From positions 1-64,000 of the forward strand of contig NW_015165348.1 of NCBI RefSeq assembly GCF_001447785.1: a stretch of DNA of 64,000 nt. Direction: 5' to 3'. A program made the position numbers and the translations under genes. Position 1 is the first letter of the stretch. Each line of letters begins with the position of its first letter. The notes beneath the pieces were generated by a model. It was not told where the DNA came from. It did no database searches and worked only from the letters and a program-made list of their open reading frames with translations. Positions 11,018 to 23,080 of the stretch are shown piece by piece. The stretch comes from Gekko japonicus (Eukaryota).

Positions 11018-13734
11018 GTATTATGGGGCTGAAACGGTGGCACAGTGAACAAAAAGGGTGCCTGCCTGTTACCTGTTCTGACTGGATTCTGATCTTCTGA
11101 ATCGCCAACATAACTAAAACAACAGTTTAATGGCGAGCGTTCTTAGCCTGTGCAAGGTTCTTGGTTAGGGGTGTTGAAAGAACTGGATGTGCTTTAATGC
11201 TTACAGAATGTTGTCCCTGTATAAAATTTTAGTGGAACTACTGAGTGCAGTCTGCGGCTTCTGTGGTTTTCTCCTGCATTTTGAGGCAGAACAGTGCAGG
11301 ATACAATCCTTTAATGGGAGTGGCAAATGAACAACAGCACTGATTGGCTGGACTGTTCAATATCTGCCATCTTTTCTGTAGCTCCAGAAGAGAAGCTGTT
11401 CAGATCTTCTGGCAATAAAGTGATGACAGCAGCGGCTCCATTCGAACATCACACCAAACCCTGTTGGCTGCTAGCAGTAGGCTATTGAGGGCAGAGGAAT
11501 TAATGGCGAACATTTACTTTAGAGAACATCCCTGCTGTGCCGCAAAGGTGGAAAGCTTGTTTAGGTGTGCAAACCATATTTAAAGAGTTGCAAGGCGGCG
11601 TGAAATATTTATTAATAAAATTATTGCCTTCAAATAAAGTCCTTACCAGCTTTATAAGTTGGTTTTAAAGTGGAGTTGAAAACCAAATGATGACTCGTTA
11701 GCATCTTTTACTTGTCATTCTGTTGAGTGTGCCTCTACAATCAGGCTGACTAGAAATGTGATTTTTCCCCCCCCCCAGTGAGTAATTCAGCAAGAGGTCA
11801 CCTTGCTACAGAGCTGCATCTGCATTCCAAGCAGTATTCAATTGTCCACTATATGGAATCACACACCTTCAGAGTAATTTTCAAAACTGCATAGTCTTCA
11901 TTTATGACATTTTGCTCCCCCTTTATGCAATATACCTTGGCACAGTTAAGTTCAGTAGGTAGACAGACTCTGTCTGTGGTCCTGTTACGCATTGTGAACC
12001 CCTTCCTTCCCCCCAGCAGGCCATGCACATATCCTTTCATTAGCTGTAGTAAGAGGTTGGGGCACTGGAGAAGAGAATTGCAGCATTCCTATGCAATGTT
12101 ACAAGCAGTTAAAACAAAAAAAAGGTACTCGGTCATGGTAAAATATAACCGATGTCCTCGTAAATATTTGCCACATCCTGGTTTGTCCTTGGACACTCAG
12201 CCGCTGACTGCTTCAATTTTGCCGTTCTTGCTGAAGCAGATAATAAAGACTGGCATTCTGGAGCTTCACTTGTAGCCTTAAAGGTTCACTTACCTGGAAG
12301 ATTTCAAGCTTTTCTGCTGACAACGGAGTCTTGCACACCTGCATTAACCATGAAACATATTAGTCTTGAAATGTAACATGTGAAAGGGAGCATGTGCTAC
12401 TTTTTGAGTATACCTGGTTTGATAGAAGTATAATAAATATTCATATAATGCTTCTGATCAGCTTGCTTCATATTCATAGGCTTGGGTCCTGCTATCCAGC
12501 TCCACTCTCAACAGAGCTTTCCTATGGGAGAAGAATCCTCTTGCCGGTGGAAAGCTCTGTTATCAGTGGAAACTGAGCCATAAGGATCCAAAACATTACC
12601 TTTGTGCAATCCTAACAAGCCTGTAAATTAGACTGGTGATATCGTCATAGTGTGGCAGATTTTTTTGGGGGGGGGGAGAGAGCCAAACTATGCCTTCTTT
12701 TCGACAAAGGCAAAATCTGAACCGGGGCCTCCTGGATCACAGCTTCTTCTGTTAGCTTCTGTGGTGAATTATTGTAGTTTGGACACCACAGAGTTCAATG
12801 GGACTCACTCCCAAGTTCAGATCTAGTTCTCATTGAGATGGTAAACCTGTGTCTGGGCTGTAGATCATCAGGTGAGCCTCACACAACTGAATTGCTCTTT
12901 CTTTCCTTTAAAAAAGGAATACTGCTGACACCTGTATTCCTTTAGGCTCATTTCTTCAGGGAACATGTTTTCCTTGACTGTCAGGGAGCCCTTAACCATT
13001 GCAGAGGACTTCAGGGGTATCTGGAGACATGCACTTGACCCAGTCTAGGTATTAGTTAGGCCTGCTGAGCTTCACCATCATTCTGTGTGAACAGGAAAGA
13101 AAAGATGGGCTGTTACTCTATAGGCACTGAATCTAATGTGGAGAGTCAATATGAGCAGTAAAAGCAATTCTGTGTGCAAGAGAACTTTGTGGTCAGTGTG
13201 TTATCTTAATGAGTGAGGCAAGAGTTTTCTGGACCACTGAATATCTGTTGGCCAGCAGTATCAGTCTCTTCACCTCACAGTTCTTACCTGCCCATTACCC
13301 TTTTTTGTAAATTTTGGTTGCTGTCCACATTCTCTTGAGATCTATGGCCAACCTTTTATGCATATGCGATGTCTATATAGGGAACTGTTGCATGCCATTA
13401 CAGCCTTATGATGTGAAATGAGTACATGTAGGACTTTTCTGGGCTGATCTAGCTATTACTGGAACAAATGATACCCTGTTGGGTATAAGTGATGCATACT
13501 GGTCTGTTTTCTGAGGTTCTTCCTACTGGAGGAGAGTAGTTGGGAAAAACTATTTTGTAAAGGTACTCGTTCCTTTCAGACCGGATGGAGAAGGCAATAT
13601 TCCACAAAAGTCAAATCTTGCCCTATTCTTTTGCAACAATGGATACCACATTATCGAGATACTTAAGGTAAATAGTGTAACTTAGCATATTAGTAACAAA
13701 GACTTGATGATTTCTCCCCCTCCCCCATCTATAG

Positions 13735-13881
13735 GACATCAATGCCTACAATAAAGATCAGCCCACAGAGAAGCTCCCCTTTCCAATAATTGCAGACTCC
13801 AAGCGAGAGCTGGCGGTTCAGTTGGGGATGCTGGATCCAGATGAGAGAGACAAAGACGGCATGCCTCTGACTGCTCGTGTT
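13735..13881 (+). CDS. PRDX6: Peroxiredoxin-6 exon 3
   Basis: atag| DINAYNKDQPTEKLPFPIIADSKRELAVQLGMLDPDERDKDGMPLTARV |gtaagt. 147 nt. Confidence 0.98.
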
Positions 13882-15107
13882 GTAAGTATCGGTGCTTCTC
13901 AAGCATTGTATTTCTGCAGGTTGAAACCAAGGTTCTGTGTATTCATGGTTCTCCTTATATCTTTCCCATGGTCTATTGCCACTTAATCAGTGGCAGTTTA
14001 GCATTGCCTTAGTAGAGAGAGATGCCAGAGTGAAACAGTATTGATATCCCTATGAAGTAGAGTAAATGGCTACTCAGTCCGGTAGTGGACCAATCAGACT
14101 TGCTTGTAGACTGAGAGTAGTATCTCTCTCTCCTCCCTGGTTTTAGGTGACCAGCTTTTCAGATAACAGCTTAGTTGTGGCCTCCTGGAAAACAATTCAG
14201 CAATACACTGTCTGTTTCCTTGCTTGTAAAATGTAAATAAGTACTTTGATGGCTTGCAAGGATGAATAGGGGAATGTCATGGCATACCTATCACTTCTCA
14301 GGAATCAGGCAGGCTATAAATCTTTAAAAAACAAGAAAAGAAAAACCAGAGAAGAGTAACTCTGTCCAGCATCCAAAGCCTTACAAAGTAGATTATACTA
14401 GAAACTGGGAGAGAGAGAGACTGAGATTAATTCAAGCTGGTAGCGGATAAAAACTCCATTCTAGTGTAACAAGACTGACCAAATGAGTCAATGGACAGAT
14501 TGCAATGGAACTTTCCTGGTCACTTAGAGACAATGACTAGAAGGCTATTATAGTAAAACAAGATTTCTTTGTCTGTGACTTGCTAATCTGGTCCTCTGTG
14601 TTTTGTGGGTGCTCAAGACAAGAGATACAGTTTGCTAAGACATTTGCGCAAGCACCACTGAAATGAACAGAGGAGGTATTGCTAATGGATTTTCAGTTTT
14701 TATTGAAGTATCTTTTGCAGGGAACAACTGGTGCCTTTCAGGGATGGCTATAGTCCCTTTGAGATACTTTTCTGCTCCAGTTATCTTAAGATGTTTCTCT
14801 ACTCTGATGCTGAAGCTTATCAGTAAAAGAATCTTGTTGTCTTCTTGCCAAATTGGGACCACAAACACAGGGCAGAGAATTCCACAGGACTCTTAAGGTG
14901 GAAGCCTGAACAGCAGTTACTGTAGAGTACCTGCATTAGAAAAGAAAAACGGTGCCCAAAATGTGCTTGTTCTTTGACCTGGAAAAACAACTGTGCCAAA
15001 GAGACAGACTTAAAACTCTAAAGGAAGATTACTGGACAGGACTGATCATAAAAGGAGCCATTATGGCATGACATGCTGGGTTTTCATTGTGTGGCTTTGC
15101 TTTTTAG

Positions 15108-15254
15108 GTATTCGTATTTGGTCCAGACAAGAAACTCAAACTCTCTATCCTCTATCCAGCGACCACTGGAAGAAACTTTGATGAGATTCTAAGAGTCATT
15201 GATTCCCTGCAGCTAACAGCTGCTAAGAAAGTTGCCACCCCAGTTGACTGGAAG
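15108..15254 (+). CDS. PRDX6: Peroxiredoxin-6 exon 4
   Basis: tttag| [49 protein letters not shown] |gtagat. 147 nt. Confidence 0.98.
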
Positions 15255-16018
15255 GTAGATACTGTGGCTGATTCTGCATTGGCTTTTCCCTCTGTTGTTC
15301 TGTTCCACGTTGGAACAGAAATTCCCCTCTGCACTGCATGCTGCTTTCACTTCCGTTGATCATTGGATTTTATGGTAGCCTCCAGACTGCATGCCGCTTT
15401 GACTTTCTTTGATTATCGGATTTTATGGTACCTTCTGCATAGGTTTATGGCCATTTTATGGCCATTCAGGGGTGACTTTGCAGTCAGTACGGCATTGCCC
15501 AGTGTGGTTTTGAGCTGCACTCTCCCCCCCCCCCCCCACCCCACGCCGCGCAATGAACCGGTCCACTTCAGCCTCTTCTGCATCAGTGGTTGGGGCATAC
15601 ACTTGAATTACTGTGATGTTGAATGGTTTGCCTTGGGTTCTTTAAGGCTACTAACAGTGCAAGCCTAAACAGATTTAAACTCTTCTTAATCTGTAGGGTG
15701 TAACACTGTTTAGGATTTTACAGTTAATCTCTTTTTACAGTTAATTCTTCAGTTTGCTCAAATAAAATTCTTGTCAAAGAACAGCATGGTCCGAAATGTA
15801 TGCACTGTGGAAAGTGAGTACATTTTAGTTTCTGATTCTGAGACGTAGCCTCCAGGTCAGATAGAATAAACTACACCAAGTAAAGCAAGGAGGTTAGCTG
15901 TCAGTCTCATGACTGTTATGCAGTTACGTGGTGCAACTGCCCTGGGGGCTGACTCCATCACTGGTGTCAGTGAAGGACGGTTACTAGCCCTTGCATTGAG
16001 AAAATGAAGATTAAAATG

Positions 16019-16292
16019 AGAGCCAGTTTGGTGTAGTGGTTAGGAGCATGGTAGTCTGGGAGAACCGAGTTTGATTCCCCACTTCTCCGCATACAGCTGC
16101 TGGTGTGATCTTGGGTCAGTCATAAATTCAGAGCTGTTCTCTCAAGGGCAGTTCTCTCAGAGCTCTCTCAGCCCCACCTACCCCACAGGGTGCCTGTTGT
16201 GGGAAGGGAAAGGGATTGTAAGCCTCTCAGAGACTCCTTCAGGTAGTGAAGGGTGGGGTATAAATCCAATCTCTTCTATTCTTCTTCTCTTC
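16019..16292 (+). mobile_element. Squam3-type (MIR/Ther1-derived) tRNA SINE
   Basis: GAGCCAGTTTGGTGTAGTGGTTA head (A box), GTTTGATTCCCC B box, core, (CTT)n-like tail. Homologs at 18876, 38557 and 58946. Confidence 0.8.
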
Positions 16293-16533
16293 TAAAAACA
16301 TGACCATATGCAATTTGGAGGATTTTCAGCTGCAGAGGCTTCCATATGGGTATGCTGAAGCAATCAATGTGAAAACTTGTAGTTGGGAGGATGATGCTTT
16401 GCCTTTCAGAAAAAGTAACATCCATTCATGGACTAAAGGTTCTAGACTTTCACTGTAAAATATGGAATGGACTATTAAGTCTTGCTGCTTAGTAAAGTTT
16501 TTTTCCTCTCTTCCACCTTCTCTTCTTTTTTAG

Positions 16534-16665
16534 CCTGGGGATGAAGTCATGGTAATTCCAAGCCTGTCGGATGAAGAAGCCAAAAAGCTGTTTCCAGGTG
16601 GAATTTGCACTAAGGAACTCCCATCAGGCAAGAAATACCTTCGCTACACTGCTCATCCAAAATAA
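16534..16665 (+). CDS. PRDX6: Peroxiredoxin-6 exon 5 (to stop)
   Basis: tttag| PGDEVMVIPSLSDEEAKKLFPGGICTKELPSGKKYLRYTAHPK*. Spliced total 224 aa. Confidence 0.97.
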   Translation, partial: PGDEVMVIPSLSDEEAKKLFPGGICTKELPSGKKYLRYTAHPK

Positions 16666-17411
16666 AAAATAATAACTTTGAAGAAGGGTTGAACAGACCA
16701 GAAAGTTGGTCACTGGAGCTTTTTAGAACAAGTGATATAGCTGCCTTGTGTGAAGATGTGTTTGGAGAAATTGTTAAAGATGGAATAGTTGAAAGCATTT
16801 TGTTTAGCTTCTCCTTGGAATGTGATGCCTGAATGTCTTTGGCCTGGTGTAGTTTCAGCTACTTCTCAAGTCAAAGCTGCTTCTCTTCTTCTTTGTGATC
16901 AGACGTCTGGGTTTTGGTTGTGAGCAGAGTCTGCAATAATGTACTAATGGACAGTTAATTATTTACTTTTAACCCTTCAGTTTTCTGTTCTTTGGTCACA
17001 TAATCTCTTGTGTCCACGGTATTAAAAACTTGTGAATGGAAGCTAAATTCTCTTGCTGCCAAATGTTTCCTGGTTGAGCAGAGAAGAATCTCAATATTGT
17101 TCCAATATAGCCATGCACTTTATTTTCTTTTTTAAAAAAGAAGGATGTGAGGGTTCACCAGCGAAAAATTAAGCTGCATTTTTTTTCCACAGTGGGAAGT
17201 TTGTTCCATTAACCATGTGCCTTTATTGCAAAGAAATTAACCTTACTACAAAGAAGTGAACCGACTGTATTAGTTAAAATCTGTCATGGAAAGCTTGTGT
17301 TCGTTATACCAGTGTTGAATGAGAGATGTGAAGAAGATAAGCTTTACTGAACAAACATTTATCAACTGTTCCAGTATCTTTAACTTTTTGGTCATACTCC
17401 TTCAATCAGAA

Positions 17412-17417
17412 AATAAA
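17412..17417 (+). terminator. PRDX6: Candidate PRDX6 polyadenylation signal
   Basis: AATAAA ~750 nt after the stop, followed by a GT/T-rich tract at ~17438-17470. An ATTAAA also lies at 17021. Confidence 0.55.
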
Positions 17418-17608
17418 GTTAGCCTCTAACATGCCTGCTGTTCCTGTGTCTTCTGTTTGTTCATGTATATGAATGAGCCATTGTGCATCTTAAATTGCAT
17501 ATTTGTGTACAGTTGCTTAGGTTAAGGGGACAAAGTACAAGGTGGAAATCCTACAGGTCATCTAATTGAAAAAAGTGCCCTAGGAATTTGAAAAGCATCA
17601 GTATGAGT

Positions 17609-18020
17609 TGGGGTATGCAAAACCCCCCAACAACCATGGTATTTTTCAGGTTTGGGTATATTGAACCCCCAAAATATCAGTATTTCCTGATATCGCTGAA
17701 TCCCAATACCGGTATGGTATTTGGATTTGGGAAAACCTGAAAAAAAAATTTGGCTCTATTATACTCTATGGGGACCATTATGTATTTATTACTTCTTATT
17801 GTTTTTGCAACCAGAGTCATAAACAGCAAATGGGGACCATTATATTCAATGGTCTCCATAGGATATAACAGAGAATCTTGATCGGGAATATCTGGGGCTC
17901 TTGGGAGGGGCTGTTTTTTGAGAATTAGACATTATTTAAAAAAGATTGGACCAGGGGTCCAATTCTATGGGGCCCCATTCTTCATTGATTGTAATGGACA
18001 GGGAAAAGGCATTTAAAGGC
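17609..18020. mobile_element. Degraded hAT-like DNA transposon fragment
   Basis: (T)GGGGTATGCA start and TACCGGTATGGTATTTGGAT, shared with 34701-34830 (TAGGGGTGTGCA start). Confidence 0.45.
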
Positions 18021-18098
18021 AATGTGGCACCACCAGGACCCACTTTAACCATGTGTCCTGGTATGATACTGAACTGTTTGGGTGGGATGAGTGGAGAT

Positions 18099-18304
18099 CA
18101 GTGTTCCCTCTAAGCTGAGTTAGTGTGAGCTAGCTCACAGTTTTTTAGCCTCCAGCTCACAAATTTTTGTCGTAGCTCAGGAAGGATGGCTCCAGAGCAA
18201 ACTAATTTATGCAGTAGCCAAATCACTCACTCACAACTTTAATGCTGGTAGGTCACAACGTAGAATTTTTGCTCATTAGACTCCACAGCTTAGAGGGAAC
18301 ATTG
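18099..18304 (+). mobile_element. hAT MITE family A, copy 2
   Basis: CAGTGTTCCCTCTAAGCTG..CAGCTTAGAGGGAACATTG. Perfect TSD GTGGAGAT. Confidence 0.92.
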
Positions 18305-18359
18305 GTGGAGATAATGTCTAATTCTCATATTCAACACTGCCTGTGCTTTAAACCTTACC

Positions 18360-18598
18360 CATGAAGCTGCCTGCTACTGAATCAGACCCTTGGTCCATCA
18401 AAGTCAATGCTGTCTACTGCAACTTGCAGTGGTTCTCCAGGGTCTCAAGCAGAGGGCAACTTGCAGTGGCTCTCCAGGGTCTCAAGCAGAGGTCTGTCAC
18501 ATCACTCACTGCCTGATTCTTTCCACTCGAGGTGCTGGGGATTGAACCAGGGATCTTCTGCATGCAAAGCAGATGTTCTACCATTGAGCCTCACCCCC
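18360..18598 (-). mobile_element. tRNA-head SINE with CR1-like tail and an internal 37-bp tandem duplication
   Basis: - strand head GGCTCAATGGTAGAACATCTGCTTTGCATGCAGAAGATCCCTGGTTCAATCCCC. Duplication at 18419-18455 / 18456-18492. Relative at ~24820-25010. Confidence 0.7.
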
Positions 18599-18875
18599 TT
18601 CTCTTAAGCTGTATGCCAGTAGGTTAGATTTATCAAATACCATTTTGCTCATTTGCAGATAGTACTGGTAGCTGAGTACCAAAGGAGATCTGCGATGGTA
18701 TTTCTACTGCCACCATCCTTGGGGGGGGGGGTACTTCAGCCACACAGAGCCACGAAAGTGCTTGGGGTACTGAACCAGTCTTCCCCTTGGTGGGAAAGCA
18801 GCAATTTAGATCAGGGGAAATACCAAAGCACAGCTTCCTGATCAAATTAGCAACCTCATGCCTGGTCCACTGAAG

Positions 18876-19085
18876 AAGAGGTTTTTATACCCCACTTTTC
18901 TCTACCATAAGGAATCTACAAGTGGCTTACAATCGCCTTTCCCTCCCCACAACAAGCACCTTGTGAGGTAGGTGGGGCTGAGAGAGTTCTGACAGAGCTG
19001 TGACAGGCCTAAGGTCACCCAGCAGGCTTCAAATCCCGTTCTCCACATTAGAGTCCGCTGTCCTTAACCTGATACCATACTGGCT
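18876..19085 (-). mobile_element. Squam3-type SINE
   Basis: TTTATACCCCAC..GTGAGGTAGGTGGGGCTGAGAGAG..AAGGTCACCCAGC, the reverse complement of the 16019 family. Confidence 0.7.
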
Positions 19086-20133
19086 GAAGTGTGCGTGAAG
19101 GGGATGTAATCTATAGGTCTAACCATAGGTCTGCCACATGTTGCATCTAGGGAAGGAGTGGTTGAGGCAGGGAGCTAGTGTATTGGGAATGGGGGCAGGA
19201 AGGAGGAATGTTTTTAATTCTGCAAGCTGCTATGAAGACCCTGTGGTCAAAGTGACAGAGATCAAATAAAATAGCTAACCTCTAACTTTCTTTGCAAAAG
19301 CAGAAAGCATATTTCAGAATCAGCAATTACATGGGTAACTTGGGAAGCATGATATGAGCTGGGTATAGCAGTGTAAACTGGGTAAGAAATCCAGAGGGTT
19401 TGGTAATCTGTGCAATCTCAGTATACAACTACCTGCATTAATTCACAGGCATACATTAAGGTATAAACAGATACCTCTTTTTAGCATTTGTATGTTTTGC
19501 GAGCTGTTGGGGCAAAATGAAATTCCTAATTGCGAATTTGTTTTCTAGAGGGAGAAGTTGGGAAAGGTCAGTATCTCAGACTTCCAGATAACTGTGGGGT
19601 AACAGCTTCTTCAGAGAGTTGAAGAATACTTGATGGATCATGATTCTTATGTGATTTACATTGGCTTCTATACAGCAAGCGTTGGGTTTGTTTGTTGTTG
19701 TTGGGGTTTTGGTCCCTCATTCTCAAGAAGGAAAAATCACAAGGTCAGCCAATTGGAAAATGTGGAAGAACAAGACTTGCGTCCAATGGAACCTTACCAA
19801 CAAGACTTCCAGGGCATAAGCTTTCAAGAGTCAAAGCTCACATCTGGAAAGCTTGTTGGTCTTTCAGGCGCTACTAGACTCTATTATTGTACTGCAGACC
19901 AACATGGCTACCCACCATAAATTATTTTCATGGAGAATGTGGATAAAATGGATTAAGCCACATTTCCTGTATTTTTCTCTTTTATAAATCCTTTGCTTTG
20001 TTGGATCCTCTCCTTGGTTTTTATGTCGCCTGGGCCACAGCCAGCAAAGAGCACTTAACCATTCAAACCCCACTTAAATATTCCAGCATGCAATGGAGGG
20101 GTTTGGGGATTAGCGCAAAGGTATGCACATAAC

Positions 20134-20484
20134 GCTGCGGTGGCTCAAGTGGTTAAGACGCTGAACTGCAGGCTGTGGAAGGTCAGTAGTTCAGCAGTTC
20201 GAGATCCGGGTGCCGCATGACGGAGTGAGCTCCCGTCTCTAGTTCCAGCTCCTGCCAACCTAGCAGTTCGAAAGCAAGAAATTGCAAGTAGATAAATAGG
20301 TACCACTTCGGTGGGAAGGTAACAGCATTCCATGCGCCTTGGTGTTTAGTCATGCTGGCCACATGACCACGGAAACATCTTCGGACAGCGCTGGCTCTTC
20401 GGCTTTGAAACGGAGATGAGCACCGCAACCCTAGAGTCGGATTCGACTGGCTTTCGAGCAACGGAACCTTTACCTTTTACCTAG
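20134..20484 (+). mobile_element. Sauria SINE, near full length
   Basis: tRNA-like head GCTGCGGTGGCTCAAGTGGTTAAG, core CCTGCCAACCTAGCAGTTCGAAAGCA, (ACCTTT)n tail. 9-bp TSD GCACATAAC. Confidence 0.92.
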
Positions 20485-20527
20485 GCACATAACAGATAAG
20501 CTGGTTTGTTTTTCTGTAACATCTCAC

Positions 20528-20735
20528 ACATAAGAACATAAGAGATGCCAATGTTGGATCAGGCCAAAGGCCCATCCAGTCCAACACTCTGTATCACAGA
20601 GTGGCCAGAAATACCAGTGCCATCAGGATGTCCACCAGTGGGGCCAGGACATTAGAAGCCATCCCACTGTTGACCCCCCAAAGCACCAAGATGACAGAGC
20701 ATCACTTGCCCCAGAGTCCCTATCTATACCTTGTG
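20528..20735 (-). mobile_element. CR1-type 3' end
   Basis: CATAAGAACATAAGA tail on +. Reverse complement of 5305-5517. Confidence 0.75.
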
Positions 20736-22650
20736 GCAACATTTTAATGATTTGTTTACATTGGCAGCAATTCCTTGCTCACATTAAACAATTCAGACAC
20801 CGTGTTCTTTTTACCTTTTTACATTGCATGACAAACATTTCAACTATGGGAATGTCAAATGCACGTCTATAATGGAAAGAGATGGCACCTGTGATGTAAT
20901 GCCCCTTTAACGGGAGCAGTCTCCCAGCACAGGTGTAAGCTGTAATGCCTAAAGTACTTATTATCCTGGATTTGGTGGGAGCCAGCATGTTGCTGATATC
21001 TGGCTCTGGTTCTGAGTTTAGCCCCTCTAGCAGGGGCTCATTCGAGATGTTAATACACTAAGTTGCTTGTTCCTTTTGACGCCTGACTATTATTTGGGTA
21101 CTATCTACGGTTAATACTGAATGTTACAGTAACTGTGCAGGACATTCAAATCAGTCCAGTGCCAGCGTTGAGGTGTAGTTCTGTGATCCCTTTTAGGACA
21201 GTTTACAGAGTGTGGCTTTTGAGCCTGCGATTTAAGGGGAGGATCAGCACAGGCAGACTAGGTATTTTAACTCTTTCCCCTGCTAAAAATAGTTCCCTTC
21301 GAGTTGTTTTTGATCCCTACTGGAGAAAGCTTAAGTGTAAGAGTTCCCTGTTGGGTTAAATGTTCCCACTCACTGTACCAGCCTGTCCTTGTAAACTGCA
21401 ACCCTGGTAGCTTCATATTATAAAATAAAATGGGTTGGATCCTATGGAGTGCCAGTTGTTGATTCTAGATTCAGGTGGGTAGCTGTGTTGGGCTGAAGCA
21501 ATAGAACAAAGTTTGAGTCCAGTGGCACCTGTAAGACCAACAAAGTTTGTTCGGTTGTTGATTCTGGCAGAGTTGGAGCTCTCCTGTCTACTTTCCTCTA
21601 GCAGCTGCCTATGTGTTAAAAAGGCCATGGCAGGGACTGGTGGACCTGCAGGGAATGAAAGCCATGCAGAACTGGCTACTTCAGTAAAGAGAAAGTGGTC
21701 AAAACCACTACTAACCAGCGGATCATCTTCTACTAACAGAATGCCCTTTTGCCATTGGAAAGGAGGCATAGGATCCAACGCAGTGTCAGCAAAAAGGACT
21801 GGAAGCTACACTTCGGACCCAATCTGCTATGAATTTTTAAGTTAGTCTCTAGTGCTTTTCTAGCTGGGAGACTATTAATTTCCATAGAGACTTTCAGAAT
21901 CAATAGAACATGGAAAAGGAGAGATGATCCAATACAGTGGTACAGTCTTACACTGTTCCTATTGCATTGTTAAATTTTGTAATCCACCTTGTATCTCAGT
22001 GGGAAAGGTGGACTATAAGTAAATTAAATTAATTAATGAACTGTAATACATGGCCCATGTTTACACTGCTCTGCCAAAGAAGAAAACTGCAGGCAAATGG
22101 GCTCTGAAAGGCAAGGCTTATTTGCTGCTTCAGCTCCTTATTTTCTTTCATCCATGGAACTCAAGGCAGAGCACATAGACCCTACAAAGCAGGGCAGAAT
22201 GCGTTTTTGTGGGGTTTTTTGTCAAATTGTGTGGTACTTACAGGACTGTAAGATTATGATACCTTTCAGTGAAGTTTACAGAATGTATTTCCCAAAGTAT
22301 GGGGAAATGTGAACTTCCCCCCCAAAAAAATTAGTTTAGAAGTTTAAAGGGGCATATGTGGCATTATAGACTGCTTCCAAAATCTTGGTTTATTTAGGAT
22401 TTGGATTCAAGGGAGACATCATGACAACTGATGACCACAAGCTCTTTACTGCGTAAAACAATTTAATTCTGATAGGATAGAGAAGTTCTTCACTTAAGTG
22501 GAAGTCCCGTGGATATGATACTGTCGCCTGCTGTAGGTGAAAAAGATTGGTTTTTTCTAGGAAAATCCCCTCCCTGCAAATTAGCTGGATAATTTCCAGA
22601 AGGTTGCCTTCTACGGCCATAATGAAAAAGGGACCCATGACACCTTAAAA

Positions 22651-23080
22651 CAGGGGTGTCGAACTCATTTGTTATGAGGGCCAGATCTGACATAAATGAG
22701 ACCTTTTTGGGCCAGGTCATGTGTGTCATAAGATGTAATGCCAGGTAGCGGAGATATAAATTTTATAAAGGACACAAGCAAAAAGGGGTTTTTGTACTTA
22801 AAATAAAACCATGCCTAAAACATTAGCACTCTTGCAATATTTTGTTTATTTTACTGTGTCTGATAACTGACACCTCTTGCTCTGAATTATTGCATCAAAA
22901 TGTCTGTGCTGTTGCAATCTTGAGTATGCTGTTCAGGTGTGTATCTGTAAGCTACAAACCTACAATGATGCAGCAGGACTGGAAGAAGCAGCAGAAGACA
23001 GCCAGTTCCACTGCGGGCCTGATAGAAGCCCTCCGCCGGGGGCCTGATCCGGCCTCCGGGCCGCATGTTTGACACCCCTG
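22651..23080. mobile_element. hAT (Charlie-like) MITE
   Basis: TIRs CAGGGGTGTCGAAC / GTTTGACACCCCTG. TSD CCTTAAAA / CCTTAAAG (7 of 8 match). Confidence 0.85.

Larger units (their letters stand above)
19619..22642 (+). pseudogene. Tentative decayed TNF-receptor-superfamily-like gene
   Basis: Colinear unique islands between TE insertions: signal-like, KTCVQ[C]EP, GFYVA..SKEHLT..KP, KCTS..RDGTC.C, C*KGHG..CRE*KPCRTGYFSKE..KPL.TN, GSYTSDPICYE, FTLLCQRRKLQ. Multiple stops and frameshifts. Read by eye only. Confidence 0.4.

Noticed and set aside
18419-18492. 37-bp direct repeats (also 2899/3220) suggesting a CRISPR array
   Set aside because: Vertebrate DNA, only two units, no spacer series and no cas genes.
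18530-18598. tRNA gene
   Set aside because: The tRNA-like A/B boxes run straight into a SINE body with a CR1-like tail, and no intact cloverleaf is evident.
20183-20461. Recurrent ORF 'MLESQSNPTLGLRCSSPFQSRRASA..' (also 36584, 42908, 60717) resembling a small gene family
   Set aside because: It is the antisense reading of Sauria SINE copies that have TSDs and ACCTTT tails.
22390-22638. - strand 82-aa ORF as an SLC9C2 remnant
   Set aside because: No convincing similarity to exchanger or cNMP-binding motifs, and no splice context.
22399-22642. Death-domain-like reading (IEKFFT*VEVPWI*Y.RL..KKIG) for the tentative TNFR relic
   Set aside because: About 7 stops in ~80 codons and only a loose resemblance, too weak to call a domain.
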